Shown here piece after piece: positions 53,726 through 64,000 of a stretch of DNA of 64,000 bases. A program made the translations under genes and the position numbers. Origin of the DNA: an uncultured Planctomycetota bacterium (GTDB lineage Bacteria; Planctomycetota; Planctomycetia; Pirellulales; Lacipirellulaceae); assembly GCA_963719315.1 (NCBI GenBank), contig CAVRBU010000005.1:1-64000 (forward strand), in the 5' to 3' direction. Below the pieces are notes generated by a model. The model did no database searches. It was not told where the DNA came from and worked only from the letters and a program-made list of their open reading frames with translations. Position 1 is the stretch's first letter. The number at the start of each line of letters is the position of its first letter.

Positions 53726-55051
53726 TCAGTCGCCTTTGAGCGCCGTGAAGTAATTCCCAACCGCGTGGTCAAGATACTCCTGCGTGATTTCAAGCGGCAA
53801 TTCGTTGTAGTTGCAGTAATAGATGACTTGTTCCAAAAGATCGCGTGCGTGGCAACGGCGCAGCGGGCGGGAGCACGAGTGATAATGCGTGCGAATCAAA
53901 TAATCGACCAATTCGGGTGAGCATTCGACCCGGTATTTCTTCGCGAATATCTGGAACAGCAGATGGAATTCCTGCGGCGATGGATTGCCGATTTCGACCT
54001 TGAACGGTATCCGCCGCAGAAACGCATCGTCGGCCAGATCGTGGGGTTCGAGATTCGTCGAAAAAATGATGAGCTGCTCGAAGGGCACTTCGATCTTTCG
54101 ACCGTTCGAGAGGACTAGGTAGTCGATACGATTTTCCAACGGAATAATCCAGCGGTTAAGCAACTCGGTTGGATTGATCCGTTGACGGCCAAAGTCGTCG
54201 ATCAACAGACAGCCGCAGTTACTCTTGAGTTGCAGCGACGCCTCGCTAACGTTCGAAACCAAGTCGTGCTTCAGCTCAAGGCTGTCCATCGTCAATTCTC
54301 CACCCACGACCACCGTCGGGCGCTCAATACGAATCCACCGGCGATCGAACTCCGCGGTGCGAAACAGGCTTTCGGCGGCCGAGCGCACCGCCTTATGGCA
54401 CGAAGCATCATAAAACTTGATGATCTTGCCGCCTTCCACGATTGCGTGCGGGACAAGAATGTTCTGGCCAAAACAACGGGTAATTCGCTGGGCAATCGTT
54501 GTTTTCCCGTTTCCCGGCGGTCCGTAGATGAACATTCCTTTCCCGGCATTGATCGCGGGGCCAAGCTGATTGAGCATCTTTGTTTCGACGTGAATATCCG
54601 AAAATGCCTTTTCTAAATGTGCCTTGCGCGGTCGTTCGGACGCGATCGTCTGGGCGTGCACCGAGCTGATGTAGTCCTCCAACGGCACCGGCGCTGGGCC
54701 GACGTACGCACACTCGCGCATTGCCCGCAACGCTCGGTCGCGACCCACATCTGTCAGCCGATAGACGTGGTCGCCGAGCATCGCGGAACCGGAGGGAGCA
54801 ATCTCCTGTCGCTGCCGAAGCGCAATGAAGCGATCTTCAAGAATTGCCATCGACAAGCAGAGATTATCCGAAATCGTGCGGCCACTTTCGGAGCCGATGC
54901 CCGACAAGAACTTAAGTATCAGGTCTTCGACCAGCGCTTCGCTGACTCCAGTGTCCTTGAGCGTCGACGGTTCCTGAGGCTGAAAACTATCGTCAAGGCC
55001 GAGCGCTGAAACTAACGATTCAGTACGATCAAGCGTTGCGGTCGCATTCAT
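53726..55051 (-). CDS. AAA+ family ATPase with N-terminal winged-helix-like region
   Basis: Walker A GPPGNGKT, Walker B LLIDDFGRQ, FSTNL, AFLRRI arginine finger. Confidence 0.88.
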   Translation of the reverse strand: MNATATLDRTESLVSALGLDDSFQPQEPSTLKDTGVSEALVEDLILKFLSGIGSESGRTISDNLCLSMAILEDRFIALRQRQEIAPSGSAMLGDHVYRLTDVGRDRALRAMRECAYVGPAPVPLEDYISSVHAQTIASERPRKAHLEKAFSDIHVETKMLNQLGPAINAGKGMFIYGPPGNGKTTIAQRITRCFGQNILVPHAIVEGGKIIKFYDASCHKAVRSAAESLFRTAEFDRRWIRIERPTVVVGGELTMDSLELKHDLVSNVSEASLQLKSNCGCLLIDDFGRQRINPTELLNRWIIPLENRIDYLVLSNGRKIEVPFEQLIIFSTNLEPHDLADDAFLRRIPFKVEIGNPSPQEFHLLFQIFAKKYRVECSPELVDYLIRTHYHSCSRPLRRCHARDLLEQVIYYCNYNELPLEITQEYLDHAVGNYFTALKGD

Positions 55052-55149
55052 GCGATACTCGTTCTTATCTGACTAGGGAAGAGTTCGCTCGTCAAAGTGA
55101 CCGAAGCGAAACTGATGGAGGAGTTGGGACCCGAAGACTAGCATGGTAG

Positions 55150-55443
55150 CTAGCGACCGAGATTTCGACTCAGTTGCCAACCGAAGTTCGTAAGTTCGTA
55201 CGCTTTTTTGTTGGCCGCCGCGCGAACGAGTTCCAACTCCTTGAGTCGTGACAATAGCGAAATATAGTGTTCGGCAACGGTCCGATCCTTGGGATCAAAA
55301 AACCGCTTCCGTCCCGCCACGACGGCCATCCCGTGCGTTTCGGCCCGCACGGCGACTTCCAGGACCCCTTGGTTACCTACTGCGGCGCGAATCAGTTCCT
55401 GTTCCCCCTCGGTCAAATTGTTTGCATCTGCAATCAAATGCAT
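55150..55443 (-). CDS. Small hypothetical protein
   Basis: About 97-aa ORF ending YELTNFGWQL (wing-like), co-oriented upstream of the ATPase. Confidence 0.6.
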   Translation of the reverse strand: MHLIADANNLTEGEQELIRAAVGNQGVLEVAVRAETHGMAVVAGRKRFFDPKDRTVAEHYISLLSRLKELELVRAAANKKAYELTNFGWQLSRNLGR

Positions 55444-56139
55444 ACGCCTCTCCGATCCGGCGGTCGCTACAATTGTCACCCGCCATCACAAGCATACGTC
55501 ACGCACTTGGCGATTGGACGGCGATCTTGCGGTCCGGTTATTAAGACTATTCGATTCGCGCCGGCAAATTGTAAGACAAAATCAAATTTATCCGGTCGCT
55601 ACAGTTATTGCGCTAATGGAAATCGCTCCTTTGCCGGCACACTTCGCCGCAACGCTTATCGCCATTGCAAGTTCGGTCCGGCGGATGAGCAAACTCGTGC
55701 CAGAACTCAAAGTGCCATACTGCCATCGAATCGGCGACCGCACATCATTCCGCAGCAGGCCGCATTATTTTTGAACGGAACTTCCTGGAACCACCGAGCG
55801 TGTACCTCCGGCGATCTCGGACAGCGGATTCACGGAAACAATTATCTGTCTTACGGCGTGTCACAACTTGATGACGCGGCTAAAATAGCCTTAGCGCAAA
55901 TCGTCGCGCCTTGGCCAACCCTTTTACCTCACATCCGCGAGGCCATCACTACCCTCGCCGCCTGATAGTACGCTGGAAACTCATGTTTCGACTCGGTTAA
56001 CACGGTGGCTCGTTGGCATGAAACGCTTACACTGCCGACCGTCGCCTTGCCCGATCGCGTGCACGTGCCACAACGGGCGCGTGGAACGGCCGAGGCACTT
56101 CAAAAACATGCTTGCCGTGCTATGCTGATAGCTTTGAAC

Positions 56140-56460
56140 CCAGAAGTTCGAGGGGCTCAATGGCAGGGGCCTTGGCAAACAACTCGGGTGCCGGGACCGC
56201 GAAACCGGGGGTGTTGGTAATGGTCATAGGGACGAGCATTTGCCAAATGCTGAATGCAAGCGAGAAGCGTCCCCTGCCAGGCGTCGCGGGCGTCGCGGGC
56301 ATCGTCAAAAATGGAATCTTACCCGGCTATTACGGCTACGAAACCGGTCAAACGGCTGTTGGCGATGCGTTCGATTAGTTATGCCGCTTTACGATTCGGC
56401 CTATCGCGAGTACCGCGACATCGCCAACCACTTTCAACAATTGAGCAAAAAGCATGACAA
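56140..56460 (+). pseudogene. Ribulokinase/FGGY carbohydrate kinase remnant
   Basis: GAGTAKPGVLVMVIGTSICQM...GILPGYYGYETGQTAVGDAFD-stop, then a C-terminal piece YDSAYREYRDIA; most of the gene is missing. Confidence 0.72.
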
Positions 56461-58109
56461 CACACAAAACCCACACAGATGAGTCCTCGAAGCAGGTCTA
56501 TCTGGTCGCGAGCGGCGACATGCGACCCTCGGCCAATCGCATGTGTTGGCCGGCTCAACAAGAAATGGAACGATTGCTATGTCGCGCAATCGAGAACGAA
56601 GGTTTTCAGGTGATCCGCGCTCATGCAGAAAATAGAGAAACCGGGCACGGTTTCATTGCTGGCCAGCGCGAGGGGATCGAAGTCTTCCGTGGCATTCCGG
56701 CCAATGCGCCGTTGGTCGTTGCCGAGGCCGTGTGGCAGTATTCGCACCATGTCCTTCCGGGTCTATCGACGCATCGCGGCCCGATTCTCACCGTGGCGAA
56801 TTGGTCCGGCCAGTGGCCCGGGTTGGTGGGCATGCTGAACCTGAACGGGTCCCTCACGAAAGCGGGCGTCGCCTATTCGACGCTCTGGAGCGAGAAGTTC
56901 GATGACGAATACTTTACGAGTCGGTTGCGCCAGTGGCTTACGACCGGCCGATGTGGCCACGATCGATCGCACGTGCGGCCTCACGCCGATTCGGATCTCA
57001 CACCGGCGGCTTTGCAGCTTGGCCGGCAATTGGCTCAAACGCTCGTGCGCGACAAGGCCATCATGGGCGTCTTCGACGAAGGCTGCATGGGAATGTTCAA
57101 TGCCATCATCCCCGATCATCTGCTCCACGCGACCGGCGTATTCAAGGAGCGGCTCAGCCAATCGGCGCTGTACTACGAAACCACCCGCGTAAGCGACGAC
57201 GAGGCCCTGGAAGTCCGTCGGTGGTTAGAAAATCAAGGCATGCAGTTTCATACGGGGCCGAAGCACGCGGAAGATTTGACCGAAGAGCAAATCCTGTTGC
57301 AATGCAAGCTGTACATCTCCGCCGTGCGACTCGCCGATGATTTTGGCTGCGATCTCATTGGCATTCAGTACCAACAAGGGCTGAAGGACCTCTTGCCTGC
57401 GAGCGATCTTGTCGAGGGCATTCTAAACAATACCGATCGCCCGCCGGTCCGTAGCCGCGATGGGCTACGAGTTCTATTTGAGGGCCAGCCTGTGGTGCAC
57501 TTCAACGAGGTCGACGAATGCGCCGGCCTCGACGCCCTCATTACCTATCGCGTGCAGCGGGCCACCAACCAACCTGTCGAAACGACGCTCCACGATGTGC
57601 GGTGGGGAGATCTCGACCCCTCCGGCACGACGGATGACTACGTGTGGGTATTCGAGATCAGCGGCTCGGCGCCGCCGGCGCATTTTGTCGGCGGCTGGGC
57701 GGGGGCGGAAGGCTTCCGCCAGCCGGCGATGTATTTTCCGAACGGGGGCAGCACGCTACGCGGCATATCCAAGCCGGGCGAAATCGTTTGGTCGCGCGTG
57801 TATGTCGAGGACGGAGAACTTGCAATCGATTTGGGACGCGGCGCCGCCATCGAACTCCCCATCGAGGAGACCCAGCGGCGGTGGGAGTCCACCACGCACC
57901 AGTGGCCGATCATGCACGGCGTGCTGTATGGCGTGTCGCGCGATCAATTCATGGCTCAACACAAGTCGAACCACGTTCAAGTCGTCTACTGTGACGACGC
58001 GACGGCCGCGGATCATTCCTTGGAAGTCAAGGCCGCGATGGCTCGCGCACTTGGAATGAATGTCAATTTCTGCGGAACGCGGATTGACGGCGATCAATCG
58101 AAACGGTGA
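56454..58109 (+). CDS. L-fucose/L-arabinose isomerase superfamily protein
   Basis: [53 protein letters not shown]; follows a sugar-kinase remnant. Confidence 0.82.
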   Translation: MTTHKTHTDESSKQVYLVASGDMRPSANRMCWPAQQEMERLLCRAIENEGFQVIRAHAENRETGHGFIAGQREGIEVFRGIPANAPLVVAEAVWQYSHHVLPGLSTHRGPILTVANWSGQWPGLVGMLNLNGSLTKAGVAYSTLWSEKFDDEYFTSRLRQWLTTGRCGHDRSHVRPHADSDLTPAALQLGRQLAQTLVRDKAIMGVFDEGCMGMFNAIIPDHLLHATGVFKERLSQSALYYETTRVSDDEALEVRRWLENQGMQFHTGPKHAEDLTEEQILLQCKLYISAVRLADDFGCDLIGIQYQQGLKDLLPASDLVEGILNNTDRPPVRSRDGLRVLFEGQPVVHFNEVDECAGLDALITYRVQRATNQPVETTLHDVRWGDLDPSGTTDDYVWVFEISGSAPPAHFVGGWAGAEGFRQPAMYFPNGGSTLRGISKPGEIVWSRVYVEDGELAIDLGRGAAIELPIEETQRRWESTTHQWPIMHGVLYGVSRDQFMAQHKSNHVQVVYCDDATAADHSLEVKAAMARALGMNVNFCGTRIDGDQSKR

Positions 58110-58339
58110 ATTGGGCACACGCCTGGTTGGCATCGGATTCCGCGGTACGAATGGACCGCACAGGAGTTGACTACGGCGTTTTTGGGTCATCGATCAAACA
58201 ACCATTTGAAATCAAGCATGTTTGATTGGTTGCCATTGAAGTTTGACACTACCACCGTCACCGCTAGTAGCTGCTACTCTTGGTACGCCTGTTGAAACCC
58301 AGGGAAAACTTGGAACGAGCAGACATCGTTTCTACGGCA

Positions 58340-58479
58340 GTGCCGTTACTTTCGACTTCGGCGACGACTGGTATCATCAGGTCCATGTGGAGCGGATCGA
58401 GCAAGCCATTCCGACCGTTGCTTATCCGCGCGTCGTTAAGCGAGTGGGCAAATTTCCGCCGCAGTATTCTGGCGGCTAG
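58340..58479 (+). pseudogene. C-terminal remnant of a plasmid pRiA4b ORF-3 family gene
   Basis: FDFGDDWYHQVHVERI...YPRVVKRVGKFPPQY; N-terminus absent. Confidence 0.7.
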
Positions 58480-58859
58480 TGGTTGCGAAGCGGTGGAAAA
58501 TGGCGTCGAGCGAAAACATGATACGCCAATCTCCTTGGAGGAAAGGCTTTTTCGATGGTTTGAGGATAGTACACAATTGACCGCCCCCGCCAGTCTCATT
58601 GCCGACCCTTTCCAGACTTTGCCCAATGGCCGAATACCTGGTCCGTATCTTGGTCACCGCTGTCTATCGAAGCCCCGCCCAGTCACACCGGGAATCGAAC
58701 ATCGGAAGTGGCGGGACATTAAAAGGTTGCGCCGATTTTCGAAAAATCCTCTCCGGTATCCTCGCCGCGTTCGAACTCTCGCCGTTTCTCTGCAACTCTT
58801 TGCCCCACAACGAGAAAGCCCTTCGACGTTCTCGCCGATGGGCTCGCTCCGAAAAAATA

Positions 58860-59057
58860 TGGAGGCAGCTGGAATCGAACTGTCGCAACGATCGACGAGA
58901 AATTTAGGCATCGCTCCTCTATTATGCGGCGCAAAAATTCGGCGCACTCTACGTACAGAATCACTCGGGCGACGCCGTTCTGGCTGAGGTCGCCGAAGTG
59001 TGGCCGAGCCTGTCAGAAGCGCAATGGGCGGGCAATCTGGCGATGGTGCGGGCAGCA
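58860..59057. mobile_element. Second tmRNA 3'-end-like att relic with direct repeats
   Basis: 58860-58880 matches 3658-3678 at 19/21 nt; CGGCGCA x2 (58927, 58940); then an LAEVAEVWPSLSEA...LAMVRAA coding relic. Confidence 0.55.
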
Positions 59058-59543
59058 CACGTGGCAATAGATAACTCCGCGGTTTGTGGACTTGGTGTTT
59101 GATCTCAGCGAATGGCCGATCGAGCACGACGACAAATAGGGACGTGGCATATACAGTGGCGGGCGGCGTCAGCGAGTTTGCTGCGTTCGGGATGTGATCG
59201 AACCTTGCCGAGGGTCCACGGCTCCAATATTCTAACCACGCCCCCCGGCCCTTCGCCGCCGTGGCTAACTGAGTTCTCTCGGCCGGCGCGATGTGGAAAA
59301 CAAATGTCTAACGTCTTATCGATCGTGACGCAGCCATGGTCGACAAAACGCTAGACATTTCACGCCAATTATTGGATGGGTTCGAGCGAATGAATCCAAG
59401 GGAAGCCTCCAAATGGTCGACCCGCCTGGGGAGGGAACCTGTATTTCCGAAACGCTCATGGCGCGAGCGACGCCTTGACGCGTATCGGATCGGGCGCAAT
59501 TTTACTCCCGGTTCCACTTTTCGCGTCCACCGACCGTAACCCA

Positions 59544-60598
59544 ATGCTCAAAGTGAATCAGCACGCGGAGATGTCAAGGTTTCATCGCGCCTTGCCCGGG
59601 GTGACATTGATGGTTCTCGCTCCGCTGATTGCGGAAGTGCTGCCAGGGGCTACGCGGGTCAGTTCGATGTTCGTCTTTCCGATAGAGATTCTCATTTGGG
59701 GCGGCGGGGCGGTTCTTATTCGCGATCTGGTGAGACGTTTAGGGCTCGGCTGGCGCAACATGTTGCTCCTTGCGGCAGCGCTGGCCGTGGCCGAGGAGTG
59801 TTTGATTCAACAAACGTCGCTGGCGCCTTTGGTGATTAAGATCAAGGGCGTGGAGTACGCCCGGGCGTTTGGCGTCAACTACGTCTATTTCCTGTGGGCG
59901 ATCATTTATGAGAGCTTGTTTGTCGTATTCATCCCCGTGGGCATGGCAGAACTGATTTTTCGCCGCCGGCGGGAGCAAAGCTGGCTCTCGGCTGTGGGTG
60001 CGACCGTCATCGCGCTCTTGTTCCTACCGGCTTGTTTCCTGGCGTGGTTTAGCTGGACTCAGATCGCGCGGACGAAGGTGTTTCATTTGGAGGCATACAA
60101 CCCGCCCGTGAGTCAATTGGTGAGTGCCGCTATCGTCATCGGTGTTCTTATAGCGCTTGCGGTGGGGCCAGCGCAGATCGGCTAGCGCGGCCGCAAGCGG
60201 GACTGCGCCCTCCGCGTCCATCAGTCCTGTTCCTGCTGAGTGGCAGCATCGTCTCAATGGTCTTCGGTATGGTGCTGCTTGCCTTCGGGATTTGCCCACC
60301 GTTTCCGCCGCTCTTGGCGGTAGGAATCGGCGTGACGCTCGTTGTGTTGATCGTTGCAATTGTACCTCGATTTTACGCCCATCAAGCATGGGGCGTCTGG
60401 CACGAAGTTGGTCTTCTATACGGCGCGATTCTCACTAATATGATGGTCTTTTTTGTGGGGTTTCTTGATGCGACACCACTCGATTTCTACGGCAAGTTGA
60501 TCATGGACAGCATTGCCGTGGTGCTGATGATTTGGCTCGCAATGAGCTTGAGATCGCAAGTCATCGAGGCCGCCAATCTCGAGAACTCACACCCTTGA
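59544..60598 (+). CDS. Polytopic membrane protein; frameshift near 60170
   Basis: LAPLIAEVLPG, EECLIQQTS, many TM helices; ORFs 59475-60185 and 60257-60598 appear to be one gene. Confidence 0.7.
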
Positions 60599-60876
60599 GG
60601 GCGGAATCGTGGCATCCCTCGTCCCGGTGTGGACGGCGTGATGCGAATCAGATTTACAGCAATCAAAAGTCCAAAAACTGCAATTTGCGGTTCGGCGCAT
60701 TCCTTGGAGCGGTCGCGCAAGCGGAATTCTCGAAAGCTGGGAAATCGCGATTCGGCATGGTATTCTATGCGGGCATTGCCTTGGTTCGCCACCTATGGGC
60801 CGAGGCACTGCTAACTTGCCTTGTCGACGATTCTTATTTCCCGTCGCGATTGGCGACCAACAAAGGAGACTTAACG

Positions 60877-61395
60877 ATGGCTACCGACGATTTCATGAAG
60901 CAACAGTACATGACACTTCGAGATGAAATCCGCGAATCGAAATCTCGCATTTTCTGGCTATTGATAATCGGGATGTTCATGGTCATGGCGGCGGGCTACT
61001 TGGCGGCCGAGCACCCCTCCGCCTTCGCCAATGCGGCGATTCCGTTTTTGTTGCTGGGGCTGATGCTGGCCTTCGTCTCGGAGCAAAATAATATTGCCCG
61101 CGCCGGCCGATATTTGCGAGAAGCGATCGAGCCGCGAATCGAAAATTTGGTCGGGTGGGAGCATTGGCTGGAAACCAAGCCGCGGCTCCGTGAAGTGGAT
61201 CACTCATTCGTGCTCGGCTTTAGTGTGCTGTTCTTGATCTTTTTTGCAATAACGACTTCACTTACCCTTGTCCAGCTCGACAAGAATGCGCATGAAGCCT
61301 ATGTCTGGGCAGCCGCGGTCGCGTACGCACTCGGCGCATTTTGTATTGCGGTCGTCCTCTGGCGCCATTGGCGATCCAGCACGGCGGCAAGCTAA
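60877..61395 (+). CDS. Four-TM hypothetical membrane protein
   Basis: RBS AAGGAG before ATG 60877; QYMTLRDEI, 2 TM, IARAGRYLREAIEP..GWEHWL, 2 TM. Confidence 0.75.
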   Translation: MATDDFMKQQYMTLRDEIRESKSRIFWLLIIGMFMVMAAGYLAAEHPSAFANAAIPFLLLGLMLAFVSEQNNIARAGRYLREAIEPRIENLVGWEHWLETKPRLREVDHSFVLGFSVLFLIFFAITTSLTLVQLDKNAHEAYVWAAAVAYALGAFCIAVVLWRHWRSSTAAS

Positions 61396-61632
61396 GCGCA
61401 ACCGGGGATTTAGACACAGACCAAGTCGTTCATACGCTCGCCGAACTTTTCCGAGAGTATCGGAACGCACTACGTGTTTTCGCCACGGCGTCAAGTCATG
61501 CGCTTTGTGTAATGACGTGCTATTTGCCGAACACGATGTTGACAGTCGCAGCACGAGGAAAGTATTGTGCAACTAGAGCGTTCGCATCGCAGTTGTTTTC
61601 GCGCGTGGCAGCTCTTCCTGGGATGAGATGTT

Positions 61633-62655
61633 ATGCCTGCGTCCATTGAAGACGTCGCCAAGCTTGCGAATGTCTCGATTAGCACCGTTTCGCGAGTGAT
61701 AAACCGTCGCCCGCTAGTTAACGCGGCGACCTGCCAGCGCGTCGAGGCGGCGATTCGCGAGCTTCGTTATCAGCCGAATGTCTTCGCTCGGGGGCTAATG
61801 TTGCGCAAGAGCGGCATCATCGGGCTGGTCCTTCCAGATTTGCATGGTGAATTCTATTCAGAAATCATCCGTGGCGCAAATTCACAGGCGCGGGAAATGG
61901 GCCACAACTTGCTCTTGTCGTCGGCGCTGCCGGAAGACGATGCCGAGAGTTGGCTTTCAGCGATCGGCCAACGCTCGTTGGTGGATGGCCTAGCCGTGAT
62001 GGTTTCAGACACAATGGCAACTGGTATTGGCCCAACTCTTGCCGCGCTCCACATTCCGATTGTCGTGCTCGACGACGAAATCGAGGGCGTGGAACATGAC
62101 GCAGTAATCATCGACCAGAGACAAGGAGCGCGGGCGATGATGCACCACTTGGTGGAAAATTGCGGTGCTAGGCGTATTGTTTTTATTGGCGGACTCGAAA
62201 CGAATATCGACACGCAGGCCCGCTACAATGCCTATCGAAACAAGCTGAAGCAGGCTGGCCTTAAGTTCCACAAGGACGACGTCTTTTATCTCGATTTTAC
62301 CTACGAGTCGGCTTACCGGCTGGCGATGAAAAAAGCCGGCGACTGGGCCGGCCCGCGGCATTATGTTTTTGCGGGCAACGACGAAATGGCGGCCGGCATC
62401 ATCGCCGGGGCCATTGCCAGAAATATCTCTGTGCCGCGCAACTTAGGCGTCGTCGGATTTGACGACACGCGCATTGCCCAAATGACGAATCCGCTGTTGA
62501 CGACGGTGCACGTTCCCATGTCCCGGATGGGCGCAACAGCCATTGAATTGTTGTGCATGCGAATCGCAGAACCGGAGCGACCACCGGCCAAAATTGCGCT
62601 GGAAGCCGAACTGATGGTGCGCGAGTCGTGTGGCACGAGGCCGAAGAAGTATTGA
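61633..62655 (+). CDS. LacI family transcriptional regulator
   Basis: SIEDVAKLANVSISTVSRVIN, YQPNVFARGL, NDEMAAG, VVGFDD, LTTV, RESCG. Confidence 0.95.
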   Translation: MPASIEDVAKLANVSISTVSRVINRRPLVNAATCQRVEAAIRELRYQPNVFARGLMLRKSGIIGLVLPDLHGEFYSEIIRGANSQAREMGHNLLLSSALPEDDAESWLSAIGQRSLVDGLAVMVSDTMATGIGPTLAALHIPIVVLDDEIEGVEHDAVIIDQRQGARAMMHHLVENCGARRIVFIGGLETNIDTQARYNAYRNKLKQAGLKFHKDDVFYLDFTYESAYRLAMKKAGDWAGPRHYVFAGNDEMAAGIIAGAIARNISVPRNLGVVGFDDTRIAQMTNPLLTTVHVPMSRMGATAIELLCMRIAEPERPPAKIALEAELMVRESCGTRPKKY

Positions 62656-62772
62656 CTTCCAACTGCAGAAGCAAATAGAACGTGCAACAAAGTCGATATT
62701 GAAATTGCTTATTGCAAATTTCTCTTTTCGATGGCATCGACTTATCGCGAATGCGTAACGAGCCCTGACGGC

Positions 62773-64000
62773 TCAGGTCGCTCGTTCCGCGTGCCGCTTC
62801 TTCAGGGCTTCGCTAATCTCATAACACCGCGCCTCGGTAAGCGGGTAGCGCAGCGTGAGCAGGATCGAGACGCAGCTCAACACGAGCGGCAGGCCGATTT
62901 CCACGAATCGCAGGCGGAATAGGGTCGTCGGTGTCTGCTTCTTGAGCAAAGTCGTCTGCTGCAGCAACTCGTCGACTTCGCGATCAACGTCCGCTGGGGT
63001 GACGAACATGCGGCCAGCGCTCGCTCGCAGCACTGCCACTTTGGCGCGAATGGAGTTGGTGCGTTCGATTAAGCGATGGAGGTGCTCGGCTTGATCGGGA
63101 TTTTTTTCAATCCGCTCATCGAAGTGACGACGTAATAGTTCCGCGTTTTGGATCGCGCTCTCAAGCTGCTCGACGAATTTGGAAGTACGAGTCGCCGCTT
63201 CGGCCCCTTCGGTCGGTGGCTCGTGGGCCATGGATTGGATGCTCGCTACGTTTCCGCGTAAAGCATCCACGGAAACGTTTTGCCGCTCGTCAAAACCGGT
63301 AAAGACCAGCAGCGCGCCGGTGACAAAGCTGGCGAAGGCACTCCCCATCTTGATGAACCACCAGTAGACGGAATAATAGCTGCCCTCGGATCGCGTACCG
63401 GTCTTGAGCTCGTCTTCGTCGCAGACGTCTCCGACCATCGAGGATCCCAACGTGAAGAACATCAACATGCCCGTCGAAAGTAACACCGTGGGAATGAGAA
63501 CTAAGAAAGGGAGCTCCGGGCTATAGCAGAAGATCTTGGAAAGTTGTGCGGCACACATCAACAGGATGGCGATGAGAAGAGTTTTGTTCTTGCCCAGGAG
63601 TTTGCTAAGCCAATTGAGAGGGAACACCGCCACCAATCCGGCGATGGCCCAAGCGGTACCGGCGATCCCCAAGAGGCGGCTGGCGGCGACGGCGTCTCCG
63701 CCATAGAGATAAAAAATCGTAATGTAGTAGTTGAAGAGAGCGACGAAATTAAAGCCCATCGCCAAGGTAAAGATAATCCCTACCAGACTGAGGAATGTCT
63801 TGTTGCTCACGGTGGTACGCAAGTCGTCCCACAAGCCTGATCTCCGCTGTTTTTTGGCGACGGCGAAGCCCGGTTCCCGGAGTGCGACAAACCACCAAAC
63901 GGTTAGCGGGATGAGCAAAGCCGCGATGAACATTGAGACATATCGCATCCCATCGGTCAGGTCGCCGCTTGGACCGCGGAAAAAACTTAGGCTGGCAAGA
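62773..64000 (-). CDS. MFS/GPH-family sugar transporter, 5' end outside the window
   Basis: SMVGDVCDEDELKTGTRSEGSY..YWWFIKMG motif, C-terminal YPLTE; multiple TM helices. Confidence 0.88.
   Translation of the reverse strand, partial: LASLSFFRGPSGDLTDGMRYVSMFIAALLIPLTVWWFVALREPGFAVAKKQRRSGLWDDLRTTVSNKTFLSLVGIIFTLAMGFNFVALFNYYITIFYLYGGDAVAASRLLGIAGTAWAIAGLVAVFPLNWLSKLLGKNKTLLIAILLMCAAQLSKIFCYSPELPFLVLIPTVLLSTGMLMFFTLGSSMVGDVCDEDELKTGTRSEGSYYSVYWWFIKMGSAFASFVTGALLVFTGFDERQNVSVDALRGNVASIQSMAHEPPTEGAEAATRTSKFVEQLESAIQNAELLRRHFDERIEKNPDQAEHLHRLIERTNSIRAKVAVLRASAGRMFVTPADVDREVDELLQQTTLLKKQTPTTLFRLRFVEIGLPLVLSCVSILLTLRYPLTEARCYEISEALKKRHAERAT

Overview
GC-rich bacterial chromosome segment, very probably from a planctomycete (Pirellulales-like). 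This is inferred from DUF1559/M56 fusions, a YCF48 multidomain protein, a kinase-tubulin fusion and typical repeat families. From left to right the window holds: (1) an accessory region abutting the 3' end of tmRNA (3658-4012, tag ANGNFALAA) with a DarT-DarG toxin-antitoxin/anti-phage pair; (2) a restriction-modification relic with a winged-helix/PD-(D/E)xK nuclease; (3) a housekeeping block (oxidoreductase, sixA, RNase HII-like, BlaI/BlaR1-like, YCF48, HDOD, site-2 protease, lpdA-aceE-aceF, TIGR01777, rhomboid) with many short palindromic and heptamer repeats, several inserted in frame inside proteins; (4) a solitary attC-like site; (5) an arsenosugar-type cluster (two glycosyltransferases, ArsM-like, ArsS); (6) a four-gene DNA-motor cluster (SNF2 helicase, YqhG-like Zn-finger partner, MORC-like GHKL ATPase, double-SWIM SNF2 helicase) ending at a tmRNA-like att relic; (7) a signalling cluster (Ser/Thr kinase-tubulin-like fusion, FHA-EAL, REC-GGDEF-CBS, AAA ATPase); (8) decayed island ends and sugar-utilisation genes. 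The best candidates for undescribed systems are clusters 6 and 7. About ten single-base frameshifts, including one in aceE, are most likely sequencing errors. All calls come from motif recognition by eye; no database searches were run.
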